A DNA stretch of 64,000 nt from contig CBDBLV010000004.1 of NCBI GenBank assembly GCA_965207225.1, positions 736,001 to 800,000 on the forward strand. Reading direction: 5' to 3'. The notes under the pieces were generated by a model, which searched no databases, had not been told where the DNA came from, and saw nothing but the letters and a program-made list of their open reading frames with translations. The translations under genes were made by a program, and so were the position numbers. Source of the stretch: Dehalococcoidia bacterium. Its GTDB lineage: Bacteria > Chloroflexota > Dehalococcoidia > Plut-88900. Positions 21,138 to 30,914 of this stretch are shown here, in pieces; the stretch's first letter is position 1; each line of letters opens with the position of its first letter.

Positions 21138-21340
21138 TCATTCGCAAGACCGCCTACCGTAACACCGGGCGCATTGCGGAGGTTTCTCAAACCTTTCCCG
21201 GTTGTCGCCCACCAGACCGCCCGCTTCGCTAGAAGCCGTCACATCGCCAGCGGCGTAGCTATTCGTAACTCTCCTGTCCTTCCGACCGGCGAGGCCGCAG
21301 ACCAAGCTGTCGCCCGCCACATAGCCGACCCTCACGATCG
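21138..21340 (-). pseudogene. GLUG-repeat relic
   Basis: VTNSYAAGDVTASSEAGGLVG; mirrored by 41300-41494. Confidence 0.6.
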
Positions 21341-21688
21341 CGAAGTTTGGGCCGAATAGACCCGGCCACAGTCATGCCGGACGCCCAACCGACTCGGTCC
21401 ATAGTCGTATTCTCCACGGCAGTCGAACCGGTGCGTTCCGCGCGGTTCCAGGGTGGGAAGCGGCTTCTGCGATGCCCCAATCGCCCAAAACGCAGCAAGT
21501 GTACCCCAAGCTAGACGAAATGGGTGTAAGGTAGCCGTGAGAACATCGCCAAATATCCATGAATTCGACGTGAGTTTTGGATCGGAACCGCAATAGTTGC
21601 CTTGGCGCGCCCCGATCGGGCTTCCCTTTTGGCCGACTGCCATCGACTGGAGCACCAGGCGTTACGCAGACTAAGCGGAGAGGTAGCG

Positions 21689-22060
21689 ATGAACCACAGC
21701 GATGCGCGACACTTGAAGATACGAGCCCTCAGAGACCGGCTATCATGGATGAGCGAGGCCAGCCTGCGCATCGACGAGAGTCTGGACCACGACACGGTTC
21801 CGCAAGGAGTCTTGGACAGCGCGCGGTCGCTGAGCGGAGCCGGCAACGGGGCCTTCATCACGCTGGACGAATCCGGGAGATAGAGTGCTCACTGTCGTCC
21901 GGGCCAACCGCCGGATCCCTGAGGCTGCCGGACCCGCTGAGCCACGTAAGGTCGCACGGTCTTCCCGATCTTCGTCTGCCCGTGGAGGTCGGGCCCTCGT
22001 TGTCCCTTCTAGCGGCGCCGGTCTTCCAATTGGGAAAGCGAGCCTGCATCCAGTCTAGCG
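21689..22060 (+). pseudogene. GAF-containing sensor kinase N-terminal relic
   Basis: ALRDRLSWMSEASLRIDESLDHDTVPQGVLDSARSLSGA..SLLAAPVF; internal stop; inverted paralog at 40620-40986. Confidence 0.65.
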
Positions 22061-22094
22061 CGAGTGAGTGGTCTTCCAAGTGCGGATCCGCAGT

Positions 22095-22830
22095 CAGAAT
22101 CGTAGGTAGTCGCCATCCGTCTCCACATTTTCGTAGGGTAGGCCTTAGGAGCCTCCCTGCACATTCGACTGCTGGTTTTGCAGCGCGCCGTTCCACCTCT
22201 CGAGAAACTCTCGCCTCGCGCGATGACTCTCGCGTTCCCCGAAGTCCCACTCGCATCTCGTCGGCAAAGTCCAGCGCCGTCTCCCTACTCACTCCCATAC
22301 CTCTGAGAGCGTCGCGGAGTCCACCCTTTTCCACGACTCTTGCGCCTTGAGGTCAGCCTTCTCATGTAGTCATCGATGTGCCCTAGGGGAACATTCCAGT
22401 CTCGAAAGCGGAGCGTACAAGCTCCCCGGCCGAAAGCTCACTCTATACTCGGACTCTATGAACTCCCTGATCTCAGCGCCCGTCCTGAACTGTCCGCTCC
22501 CAACCTCCTCGGTCAGCTCCCTCTCCTGTTCGGCACTCAGAAAGCGGGGCTGACCAAGTCCCCGCATCCTGTGCGTCAGAACCTCCTTCACCCTCCGGCT
22601 CTGTACCAGGACACCCACCTCTGCGGCGTCCGTTAGTGGACTTCGACTACCGACGCCACCTTGCCCATTCGTCGTTCCGAACGCAGCAGCCACAGCGCGT
22701 GCAGTCGCGCGGAGCATGACGCCCTGTTCCGTTCCGACCCGGCATGCTGTCTTCAGAGCCACGGGGGTGTCCTTCGGGTCCCAGTCCACCCGAAATGGTC
22801 GACCAGTCATCTGACGCCCTCCAACTCCAT
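22095..22830 (-). mobile_element. IS630-family transposase relic
   Basis: RFLSAEQERELTEEVGSGQFRTGAEIREFIE HTH part; HEKAD..QESWK/GG junction; FADEMRVGLRG first DDE Asp; internally deleted. Confidence 0.7.
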
Positions 22831-22869
22831 GAGTTGGCATGAGCATAGACCAAATACTAGACTACTGAC

Positions 22870-23146
22870 AGACCCTTTGCGGCTGACTCACGATGAAATG
22901 GCATTAGCCGATACTGCCCAACTGGAACGCCTGTCAGTCCTTGCGAATGAGCGCATGCAAGACATCAGCATAAAGTCTGAACTGAAGAAGCAAGGACAGT
23001 TGACTATACAGCAGGCGTTCCCTCGGATGTCCAAGCCTATAATTGATAAAATAGATTGTGTGTTGGCAGAACATTATCGATTCACAGAGGATGGATTGGA
23101 CTTCGTAGTCAAATATGACATAAGATATAGGATGGACTGGCGGTGA
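22870..23146 (+). pseudogene. C-terminal fragment of a type IIG (Eco57I-like) restriction-modification enzyme
   Basis: SKPIIDKIDCVLAEHYRFTEDGLDFVVKYDIRYRMD is a typical C-terminus; the rest of the gene is missing next to the IS630 relic. Confidence 0.65.
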
Positions 23147-23179
23147 CAGGTCTGGTTATCCGTAGATGGAAGGAATCCA

Positions 23180-23812
23180 ATGAGTCGAGAATGGAAACGG
23201 AAAACCATTACAAACATTGTCCGTCTTGTCATAATGCTCATTCCAGGAGCCTGGATACTAAATGGTGCGACGTCACTTGATAATCATATCGTCACGATTC
23301 TGTGTGCAGCGGTTATCGGGGGGCTAGTCTTCGTTCCGGCGAAGAATTTGGCAGATGCGTTGTGGGAATGGGTTTTAGGCATAATGATACCTACGTTGTT
23401 ACAAGTGCCTCACCCAACGAAAAATAGTAAGTCTGATGCTCGTCGTCACAATAGACTCATGCAGACTATAGAGCAGACTACGTTCTGGCCTCTTCTGAAG
23501 AAGAATCTGAAAAATATAGCTACAGCATCAGCAAAAGGCACGCTAGCAATAATTGCACTTTTTGCAATTATCATACTAATGGGGTTGGCAATTACTTGTC
23601 TAGTATCAGTAATCAGTGACGCACCATCCTCTAACGTTTACTCTGAAATAAGTATACTAGGATTCACCATCGGCTTGGCGCTTATGGTAGTAACACTTTG
23701 GATTATATGTGCAATATTCCTTGCCGTAGTTCTGTCCGCACTGCGTGGTTCATCTACGATATGGGATCTACCTTACGTTAATGAGGACGATTTCGATGAC
23801 GCAGAGAAATAG
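23180..23812 (+). CDS. Hypothetical membrane protein (about 4 TM)
   Basis: Several hydrophobic segments; AT-richer than the window; GAAGGA RBS. Confidence 0.7.
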   Translation: MSREWKRKTITNIVRLVIMLIPGAWILNGATSLDNHIVTILCAAVIGGLVFVPAKNLADALWEWVLGIMIPTLLQVPHPTKNSKSDARRHNRLMQTIEQTTFWPLLKKNLKNIATASAKGTLAIIALFAIIILMGLAITCLVSVISDAPSSNVYSEISILGFTIGLALMVVTLWIICAIFLAVVLSALRGSSTIWDLPYVNEDDFDDAEK

Positions 23813-23944
23813 TCTCCAACCACCAATCCATGACGCCGGAGACAGTACTATAGCTTACCGCCTGCACGGTCGAGACTGTGGTCCAAGCCGGGCAGGCCGA
23901 GCCACCAATCCAATAGATAACCGCCGATAAAAGGAAAATATGAC

Positions 23945-24400
23945 ATGACCTTGTCTCAAGGTGAATTTGAAGACATACTCAACGATGACACCAAAAGGAT
24001 TTCGACAGACATCGACTGGAGTGATGATCAAGACCACTCTCCTGCCCAAGAGTTTAGGGCTGAAATAGAGTCAGCGTCTGGGCGTTCCATGTTTATCCGA
24101 GGTTGGTACAGCCCGATGAGCGGCAAGTTGTCTTTTGCGATGATACTTCGGGGCGAGGGAAGAATCTACGGACTGGATCTTGGCGCGGACCACCGGAATC
24201 GCAATGGCGTTCGCGTTGGCGAAAAACACAAGAACTGTTGGCGGGAGGGCTACCGGGACAAGTATGCCTACGTCCCGCCGGACATTACGGAACCTTGGGA
24301 ACGTCCCGTTGCGGTGTGGCGTCAGTTTTGCGCTGAGGCAAATTTGACACACTCTGGTACAATGCGGGAACCAGAAGTGCAGAGGGAGGCGCTTCTATGA
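23945..24400 (+). CDS. Hypothetical protein (DUF6978-like)
   Basis: AAGGA RBS; RIYGLDLGADHRN..EKHK..AY motif; ATGA overlap with the next gene. Confidence 0.65.
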   Translation: MTLSQGEFEDILNDDTKRISTDIDWSDDQDHSPAQEFRAEIESASGRSMFIRGWYSPMSGKLSFAMILRGEGRIYGLDLGADHRNRNGVRVGEKHKNCWREGYRDKYAYVPPDITEPWERPVAVWRQFCAEANLTHSGTMREPEVQREALL

Positions 24401-25209
24401 ATGCCGATAGCCTATGCACCACCATATCCGACTCGCTGCCCGCTTTGTTTGAGTGTTCACCCGCTCCTCAAGAGGGTGCGCGCGTTCGGACTCCCATGAT
24501 GTACCCGGACGGCGGCATCGTGGACGTATTCATCCTCGCACGTGGAGACGAATACATTGTCACGGATTTCGGAGAAGCCCTAGCTTGGCTCAGATTGCAG
24601 TCAACCTCCACCCGACGCAGCCGGAGGCAGCAGATTTTGGTTGAGGATGTGTGCCAGACGTTGGGGTTGGAGTTGTTCCGCGGTCAACTCGTACTGCGCG
24701 CCATCCGTGGAGACGCGCTGGCAGAAGCCGTAATTCGTATATCGCAAGCTGCGGTGCGCGTCTCCGATCTGTGGTTCACGCTGCGCAGCCGATCCGTCCA
24801 GACCACCGCAGACGAGGTGAATGAGTGGCTCCGTGAGAATGAGATACCTTTCGACACGGGAGTTCATCATTCGGGCAGATCCAACTCCGACTGGAATGTG
24901 GATTTTCTGACTCGCACCGACGAACGAACGACTCTTATGTTCCTGCTGAGCACGGGCGCGCGCGGGTCCGCTCGCCGAATTGCCGAACACGTCCTATCCG
25001 GCTTCGTGGACCTCAGCCATCTTAGGGAAGACCAGCCCCAGCTGGAATTCGTCTCACTGTTCGACGATACCTATGATGTGTGGAGAGAAGAGGAATTCGC
25101 TCTGGTCGAGAGTCATTCGCAAGTTGCGTTGTGGTCTCGCCCTGATCAACTCAAGCTGATACTCCGCCCAGATAATCGCCAAAGTACGCCCTCTGCGTCT
25201 TTGAGGTAA
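24397..25209 (+). CDS. DUF1828-domain protein with C-terminal PD-(D/E)XK-like region
   Basis: RTPMMYPDGGIVDVF..VTDFGEAL (DUF1828); GRSNSDWNVDF..SLFDD. Confidence 0.75.
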   Translation: MNADSLCTTISDSLPALFECSPAPQEGARVRTPMMYPDGGIVDVFILARGDEYIVTDFGEALAWLRLQSTSTRRSRRQQILVEDVCQTLGLELFRGQLVLRAIRGDALAEAVIRISQAAVRVSDLWFTLRSRSVQTTADEVNEWLRENEIPFDTGVHHSGRSNSDWNVDFLTRTDERTTLMFLLSTGARGSARRIAEHVLSGFVDLSHLREDQPQLEFVSLFDDTYDVWREEEFALVESHSQVALWSRPDQLKLILRPDNRQSTPSASLR

Positions 25210-25309
25210 ATCGCCCAACGTCTACTATTGGCACACCCGTTCGATATAGATGCTGTGTTCGCATGATATCCCTGCTCACAATCGAAATACCCCTGCCGAC
25301 AGCGGACAC

Positions 25310-25716
25310 CCCCGGGAAGACCTCGAAGAGTTTCTCAAGCCGTCCGGCTCGCTGGTTCGCAGGCCTGCGACGGGACTTCTGGCCGACCTCGGTCGCAAGA
25401 CCGCACCGGACATGGGCAGAGCGGTTGCAGACACGAACTCGCAGCGTCTGCAGGAGTTCCTGACCCGCGCGGCCTGGGATTCCCTGGAGATGGACCAGTT
25501 CAGGGTCCGGTGCATGATGGATCGGGCAAGCGTGGGGGAGCGAGTGCAGATCGTAGATGACACCGGCTTTGCGAAGAAGGGCAGCCGGTCGGTCGGAGTA
25601 GCGCGCCAGTGCTACGGAACGCTGGGTCGCATGGACAACTGCTAGGTACTGGTGACGACCCGCTACGTCGACAGGGTGTATGACTGGCAGGTCACGTCGA
25701 GGGTGTATCTTCCGAT
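25310..25716 (+). mobile_element. IS701-family transposase relic truncated by the IS6-like element
   Basis: GRKTA..QRLQEFLTRAAWD..IVDDTGFAKKGSRSVGVARQCYGTLGRMDNC*VLV; ends at the left TIR of the next element. Confidence 0.8.
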
Positions 25717-25753
25717 GGTTCCGTTGAGTATTAGGTGGCGGCACATTTTAGGG

Positions 25754-26725
25754 CTACCGGGCGACTGGCGCCGTTCGCCGCCTAGACTTCCGTTTCCGCT
25801 TTGAGGCTGGAAGGAATATTACATTGCGGGGCAGCGAAGGCTTAGGCTTCGCGCTTCTCGGCCTGGATACGCGCCCCTCGCGCTTCACGACGTCCGCCCA
25901 CTCGCTGAAAGGCGCATCCACGCCGGCCACTCTGGCCGGCGGCTTGTGGCCTAAGCTCTCATGCTCGCGGAACAGGTTGTAGGTCAGCGCCCAGCCATCG
26001 AGGTAGCGCTGGCCCGTGCGCCGGTTCTCAAGTCCCCTCAACGTCTTGATGCGCTGTCGGTAAGTGCCTTGCAGTCTCTCCGACAGGTTGTTGTTGGACA
26101 CGATTGACTTCATGCCCTTGGACTTGACGTGCCTCGCCTTGGGGAAGACCCGCTCTATCGCCTTGTCATACGACCATAGGCGGTCGGTCGCAATCTGCTT
26201 TGGCGGCTCGGTCGCCGCGTCCCTCGCCTTCTCCATGACCTTGACCGCGCTGGCGATTGTCCGGGTGGGCGACAGGTGGGACGCGAGGATGTAGCGCGTG
26301 TCGGCGTCCATGACGTTCCAGTTCCACATCTTCTCGCCGCCAACGTCCACCGCCATTTCGTCGGCCACCCACTTGCCGCTTGTGTGGGCTTTGTGGTCGG
26401 CCATGGCCTTGACCGCGGCGTCGGTGTAATCCCGAACCCAAGCGTAGATCGTGGCCTTGTCCGGCTCGCTCATATCGAAGGCGCTAGCCATGTTCTCGCC
26501 GATCTGCTTGTACGACATTCCGGAGTAGAACATCCTGATCGCCGCGCCTATGCGGTCAGCGGGCACTACGCGCCCATGGAGCGCCCCTGTATCGTTGAAG
26601 CGCTTGCCGCAAGGCTTGTTCTTGCACTTGTAGAGCTGCTTGCCGTTCTGCTTGCCGTACTTGATGACGCTCTCGGATTCGCAGTAAGGACAGTTGACGT
26701 TTACGGTCGTTGTGAACTTCGCCAT
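25754..26725 (-). CDS. IS6/IS1-like DDE transposase with N-terminal Zn ribbon
   Basis: CPYC..YKCKNKPCGKRF; WVADEM..VMDADTRY..ATDRLWSY..NNLSERLQGT. Confidence 0.9.
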   Translation of the reverse strand: MAKFTTTVNVNCPYCESESVIKYGKQNGKQLYKCKNKPCGKRFNDTGALHGRVVPADRIGAAIRMFYSGMSYKQIGENMASAFDMSEPDKATIYAWVRDYTDAAVKAMADHKAHTSGKWVADEMAVDVGGEKMWNWNVMDADTRYILASHLSPTRTIASAVKVMEKARDAATEPPKQIATDRLWSYDKAIERVFPKARHVKSKGMKSIVSNNNLSERLQGTYRQRIKTLRGLENRRTGQRYLDGWALTYNLFREHESLGHKPPARVAGVDAPFSEWADVVKREGRVSRPRSAKPKPSLPRNVIFLPASKRKRKSRRRTAPVAR

Positions 26726-26746
26726 GCTATCGCCTCCAACTTCATT

Positions 26747-28134
26747 CTACCCAAACCGCCCGGTCTCCTCATACCATTTCAGATCCCACGCGGAGTCGGC
26801 CATGCGGTTTTCTTGTATGCGCCGCAACCGCAGTTCCGCCAGCGTCAACTTGTTGCCCTTAGCGCCATTGCACGGAGAACACAGCAGCACGCGGTTGCGT
26901 ATATCATCCCGACCGCCCTTCGACTTCGGGACGCGGTGGTCAACCTCGAAGTACTCCTCATGATGCGGGACCCACCCGCAACCCTGACATTTCATCCCGT
27001 CAGCCATGATCAGCCTGGATCGCAGCTCGCGCGCCGTCAACCTCGGTTGTCTGCGCCGCGGGCTTACCAGAATCAGCTCGGGCGCTGCGGGCTCCCCATC
27101 GTCCGAACGGTTCGGCGCGCTGGTCTCGACTCGCACCGCCCTATCCCATGACTGTCTATCTTCGGGTAGTCTCGCTTCGCGTTGGAGACGGTCGCGCACC
27201 ACGGCCTCCGCCTCTTGATTGATGTCAACCGCTATCCACCTTCGACCTTGCCGCTCAGCTGCGATGCTGGTCGTCGCGCAACCGGCAAAGGGGTCGAGCA
27301 CAATGTCGCCTTCGTCACTGGACGCTTTGATGATGCGCTCATATAGCGCAAGCGGCTTCTGTGTGGGATAGCCGACCTTCTCCTTAGACGTGGGGGTTTG
27401 CTGAAACGACATAATATCCCCCCAAACATCCCCTACGGCCTTGCCGGCTTTCTCCACTACATCCAAGTATCTGCGCTTGCCCCGGCCATCAAAGTACCTC
27501 CGGCCATCCCCGTCTATCTTGTTGAAGCGACCAAGATACTTCTCGCTATGTGGCTGCCTAGGGCGATTCCATGCGAAAGAAGACGACTTGCTGTAATAGA
27601 GTATCGTATCGTGTCCGCGAATCCAGTTGCGCGCCTGCGTCTTAAAACCCGATAGCACGGCAATATCCCAAATGATTTCACGCCTGAACCGCTCGCGTCC
27701 GAACACAGCGTCAAGCATTGCCTTGACCCACGCGCCCGCCGTGTGGTCTATGTGCAGGTACAGACTCCCCGTTGATTTGAGTATGCGGTGCATCTCCAAG
27801 ACGCGAACGCCAAGCCAGCATAGATACGCGCCCATGTCTTCCCCCCCCCCCCCGCGTTCGCGGCCCTTATGACCGCATAGAGGTTCGGCTGGTCTTGGCG
27901 TATGCTATCTACCCATTCGGATTGGACGTCGCCCCAAGTCCACACGTCTTTGTAGGTGATTGCCTTGCCCTCGGCGTCCAAGCCTGCGGCGACGATGCCT
28001 TCGAACGCCTTCACGCCCTTGTTGAACGGCGGATCGGTCGCTATCAGGTCAATGCTCTCGGAATCGATGCCGCGCAACACGGGGAGGTTGTCGGCTACGA
28101 ACAGCGTGCGGTTGAATTCGCTGGCGTTCGTCAT
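26747..28134 (-). CDS. N6/N4 DNA methyltransferase (beta class) fused to a C-terminal HNH endonuclease; frameshifted at a G13 tract
   Basis: DLIATDPPFN (motif IV), YPTQKP, VLDPFAGCATT (motif I), CQGC..EVDHRVPKSKGG..NRVLLCSPCN (HNH). The two ORFs join at C13 27841-27853; G11 or G14 restores the frame. Confidence 0.85.
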
Positions 28135-28141
28135 TTGAGGG

Positions 28142-28402
28142 CTACCTCCCTGGTTCTGTCTCCCGGCGCTTCTCCACCACGTGCTCGACACCTTCGATCA
28201 CTTTTCCCAACATCCCTCTGGCCATCGTCCACCAGACGCGCCCGAGGCCGGGGGCATCGAAGTCCTCGGGCGATCCGTCCATGATGGAAGCCGCATCTCG
28301 CAGCAGCGCAAGAACCTTTTCGGGCCGATCCCCAAAGAACCCTTCCGCCGCTGTTCGGTCTTGTGCATCCCTCAGTCGTTGCGCAAAGTTGTCGTGTGCC
28401 AT
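28142..28402 (-). CDS. Small hypothetical protein (86 aa)
   Basis: GAGAGGAG RBS before ATG 28402; ends 7 nt upstream of the MTase start. Confidence 0.65.
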   Translation of the reverse strand: MAHDNFAQRLRDAQDRTAAEGFFGDRPEKVLALLRDAASIMDGSPEDFDAPGLGRVWWTMARGMLGKVIEGVEHVVEKRRETEPGR

Positions 28403-28418
28403 TGCTGCTCCTCTCAAT

Positions 28419-28445
28419 CCCCGCCGCCTCAAAGACGGCGGGGGC
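28419..28445. terminator. GC-rich hairpin between passenger genes
   Basis: CCCCGCCG-cctcaaaga-CGGCGGGG. Confidence 0.4.
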
Positions 28446-28457
28446 GCTAATAAGTGG

Positions 28458-28703
28458 CTATCGCACTACCTTCATGCGATGTTCCCTAACTGGCCTAGGG
28501 CGGCGCTCCAATCGCTTGTTCATGCGACGCTCCCAAGCCAATGCGTTCTTGCGAGTTACCGGCGGACCCTCGATGCGCATCTTGCCCGGCCTGCCGGCTC
28601 GCTCATGCTCGCCAGCTCTACGCTTCGGGTTGTTCGTGATTCCAAAATAGAAAATCCGATCCTTCACGCGCAGAGTGTATTTGTGCGTGTCTCGCTTAGC
28701 CAT
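28458..28703 (-). CDS. Minimal GIY-YIG-like nuclease (81 aa)
   Basis: HKYTL..FYFGITNNPKRRAGEH..ALAWERR; AAAGGAG RBS. Confidence 0.65.
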   Translation of the reverse strand: MAKRDTHKYTLRVKDRIFYFGITNNPKRRAGEHERAGRPGKMRIEGPPVTRKNALAWERRMNKRLERRPRPVREHRMKVVR

Positions 28704-28777
28704 AGCGACTCTCCTTTCGGTAGAGTCGCCAGAGACGAGTAACGGTCGAACCAACACGGTCGAGCCGCCCGTTGTGC

Positions 28778-28900
28778 TTGACACCCCAGAAGCCGCCAGA
28801 TAACCTAGCGGTGTTCGTCTTCTGTTGGGTGTCCTCGCCTCTGGCGCGGACTAAAAGTGAAACGCCCCGTCTGGTTAGCTTCCAAGCGGGGCGTTTTTGA
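28778..28900 (+). ncRNA. Candidate ~85-nt antisense RNA (promoter plus intrinsic terminator)
   Basis: TTGACA (28778) -17 nt- TAACCT (28801), then hairpin AAACGCCCCG..CGGGGCGTTTTT (28860-28898); no ORF fits within it. Confidence 0.45.
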
Positions 28901-29030
28901 TTTAATGCTGTTGGCCGTCTATACTGACGGCGTCTGGCGCCCGCATTGCGCTGGATACGAGGGTCTGGACAGTCTCGGGTTCAGGCCCTCACTTTTGTTC
29001 CCGCTCTCCCTTCATCGAAGCGGTGAGATT

Positions 29031-29059
29031 ACAATATCAGCACCGCCCAAAACTGTCAA
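29031..29059 (-). promoter_or_regulatory. Inward sigma70-like promoter abutting the right TIR
   Basis: Minus strand TTGACA (29059-29054) -17 nt- TATTGT (29036-29031). Confidence 0.55.
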
Positions 29060-29189
29060 CACCTAATACCCAACGGAACCGGTCAGAGAGAGGCGCGGCG
29101 GAGCAAGGCATCCCTGGTCGCCACGGGGCTGTGGCTGCCCTTTTGGATCTACGATTACGCTCCGTCCGCCGGATGGTCCCGGCGCTATT

Positions 29190-29515
29190 GCGGACCAGAG
29201 GGGTCGCAGCCGGGTCATCCCTAGTCCGTAAAAGGACGCGGCCGTCGTTCTCCACGTCGATGTCCAGGTTGCAACTGTCCATGAGAGCCATGCCCAGCAG
29301 TGGCGTGGCGTCTGCTTCGTCCGCCGACACATGCTTGGACTAGTTGTCCCGGAGAGCGGTGACGCCATACACATCGAAGTTGTCCTCGCTGCCTTTTGCC
29401 GATTCTGCCTGGATGCTACCGAGGTAGGCCAGTTCCAACTCCTCGACAAAGGACGAGAGTAGGGTCAGGAAGCCATTGAGGCCTGTTTCCACCACGGCTT
29501 CGATGTCCCGGTTGC
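29190..29515 (-). pseudogene. Clan AA (retropepsin-like) aspartic protease relic
   Basis: IEAVVETGLNGFLTL..FDVY..*..TPLLGMALM..DGRVLL; catalytic DTG degenerate, internal stop. Confidence 0.6.
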
Positions 29516-29672
29516 CCTAGAAGGTTACAGAAGAAGGGATATTAGGGCGGCATAGCGCGCGCTTCGGTCGCACAGGAGGGTCCATTCCGGCGATTTTCGG
29601 GCCGATACGGTCTCATCTGCAGTCCTGAGAGCCCCGACCGGAGTCTGAGTGGCACACCTCGACCACGGAGCG

Positions 29673-30761
29673 TTAGCTGAAGATGGGCGCTTTGGTCTCC
29701 CGCTCAGCGCTCAGCCTCGACATCCTCACCAGGTTGTACGCCGTAGCCACCAACTCCGCGCACAGTCCGGTCCGCTACAATCCAACGTACCTGCTCCGAC
29801 GGAACCCTCCCACTGTCTTCATCCACCCGAAGATAGACTCCACCCGCTTTCGGACCTTCTGACTTGACCTGTACGCCTCTTGGCGCGTGGTTCGTCCGTC
29901 TATCGCGGACCACCTCCTCTTCTGGGAAATATGCGGAGTGATGTTGATCTCTCTGCGCTCGGCCACGAAGTCCTTCACGTCATAGCCCCTGTCCGTTTCC
30001 ACGCTCAGCCGACGACTGCCGGGTATTGACATCAGCATGTCCAGCGCGGCGTGCCTCTCAGCCATGCCGTTGGCCTCGGTCAGCCGAAAGTCGCTGACCA
30101 GCCCATGTCTGTTGTCCATAAGAGCATGGGCCATGAACACCAGCTTCGCCTCCTCGCCCACACCCTTCCTCATCAGTCTCGCATCGGGATCTGTCACGCT
30201 CCGGTGGCTGGAGTTGCTCAGCTTCTCGCCCCGAAAATCTCCGCTCGCCCCTCTCCATCGCCCCCGGAGTCGTCGTCATCGCGTCTTCTGAAGCTTCTGA
30301 TGGAGGCTGCGGCCTCGATGAACGTACCGTCCACGCTGAAATGCTCATCCGACATCAGTCCACGACGGTCCGCCTTGTGCGCCACCTCCTCGAGCAGCTT
30401 CCTTCCCACCTTGTAATCGAGCAGTCTTCTCATGTTCTTGGTGAACACGGTCGCGTCGAAGCTCGGCTCCATCAGATCCATGTCGAGGAACCAGCGATGG
30501 AGCAAGTTGTAGTCGAGCTCCTGGCAGAACGCTCTTTCACCCCTGATCGAGTACAGCGTGAGCAGCAGCAGAGACCTCAGCAGACGCTCGGGAGGGACCG
30601 CCTCCGATACTGGAGTACATTCGCTCCCACTCGTCTGACATGCGGTCGAGGGCGTCGTCTGTGACACGATTGATGATCCTGAGAGGATGGACCGGAGGGA
30701 CTCGCTCGTCGAGGTTGACGAAGGCGAGCATGGTGGACTGTGGATTGCGCCGGCCTCTCAT
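29673..30761 (-). mobile_element. IS5-family transposase pseudogene
   Basis: VPPVHPLR..PPERLLRSLLL..YNLLHRWF..HFSVDGTFIEA..TDPDARL..RKRVESIFGWMKT..AYNLVRM; two frameshifts and one stop. Confidence 0.85.
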
Positions 30762-30914
30762 GGGTCGTTCTCCTGGACTGTTGGTCTGGTGAGGGCGTTG
30801 TATCCCGCCAACCTGGAAGCGTGACTTCAGCAGTCCTTTCGCTAGCCTACAAATTAATGTGCAAAGCTGGTAGACGCCAAGATTAGGAATCCTCAATCGG
30901 ATCACTGACCACCT

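Larger units (their letters stand above)
25717..29080 (-). mobile_element. IS6-family element (3364 bp) with 21-bp TIRs and three passenger genes
   Basis: TIRs GGTTCCGTTGAGTATTAGGTG (25717-25737) and reverse complement GGTTCCGTTGGGTATTAGGTG (29060-29080), 20/21 identical; resemble the IS6 GGTTCTGTTG ends; no target-site duplication seen. Confidence 0.85.

Noticed and set aside
25705-29092. Target-site duplication around the IS6-like element
   Set aside because: Flanks CTTCCGAT and GGTCAGAG do not match.
29517-30845. Terminal inverted repeats of the IS5 relic
   Set aside because: Only a weak match (AAGGTTACAGAAG vs AAGGACTGCTGAAG near CTAG); too degenerate to call.
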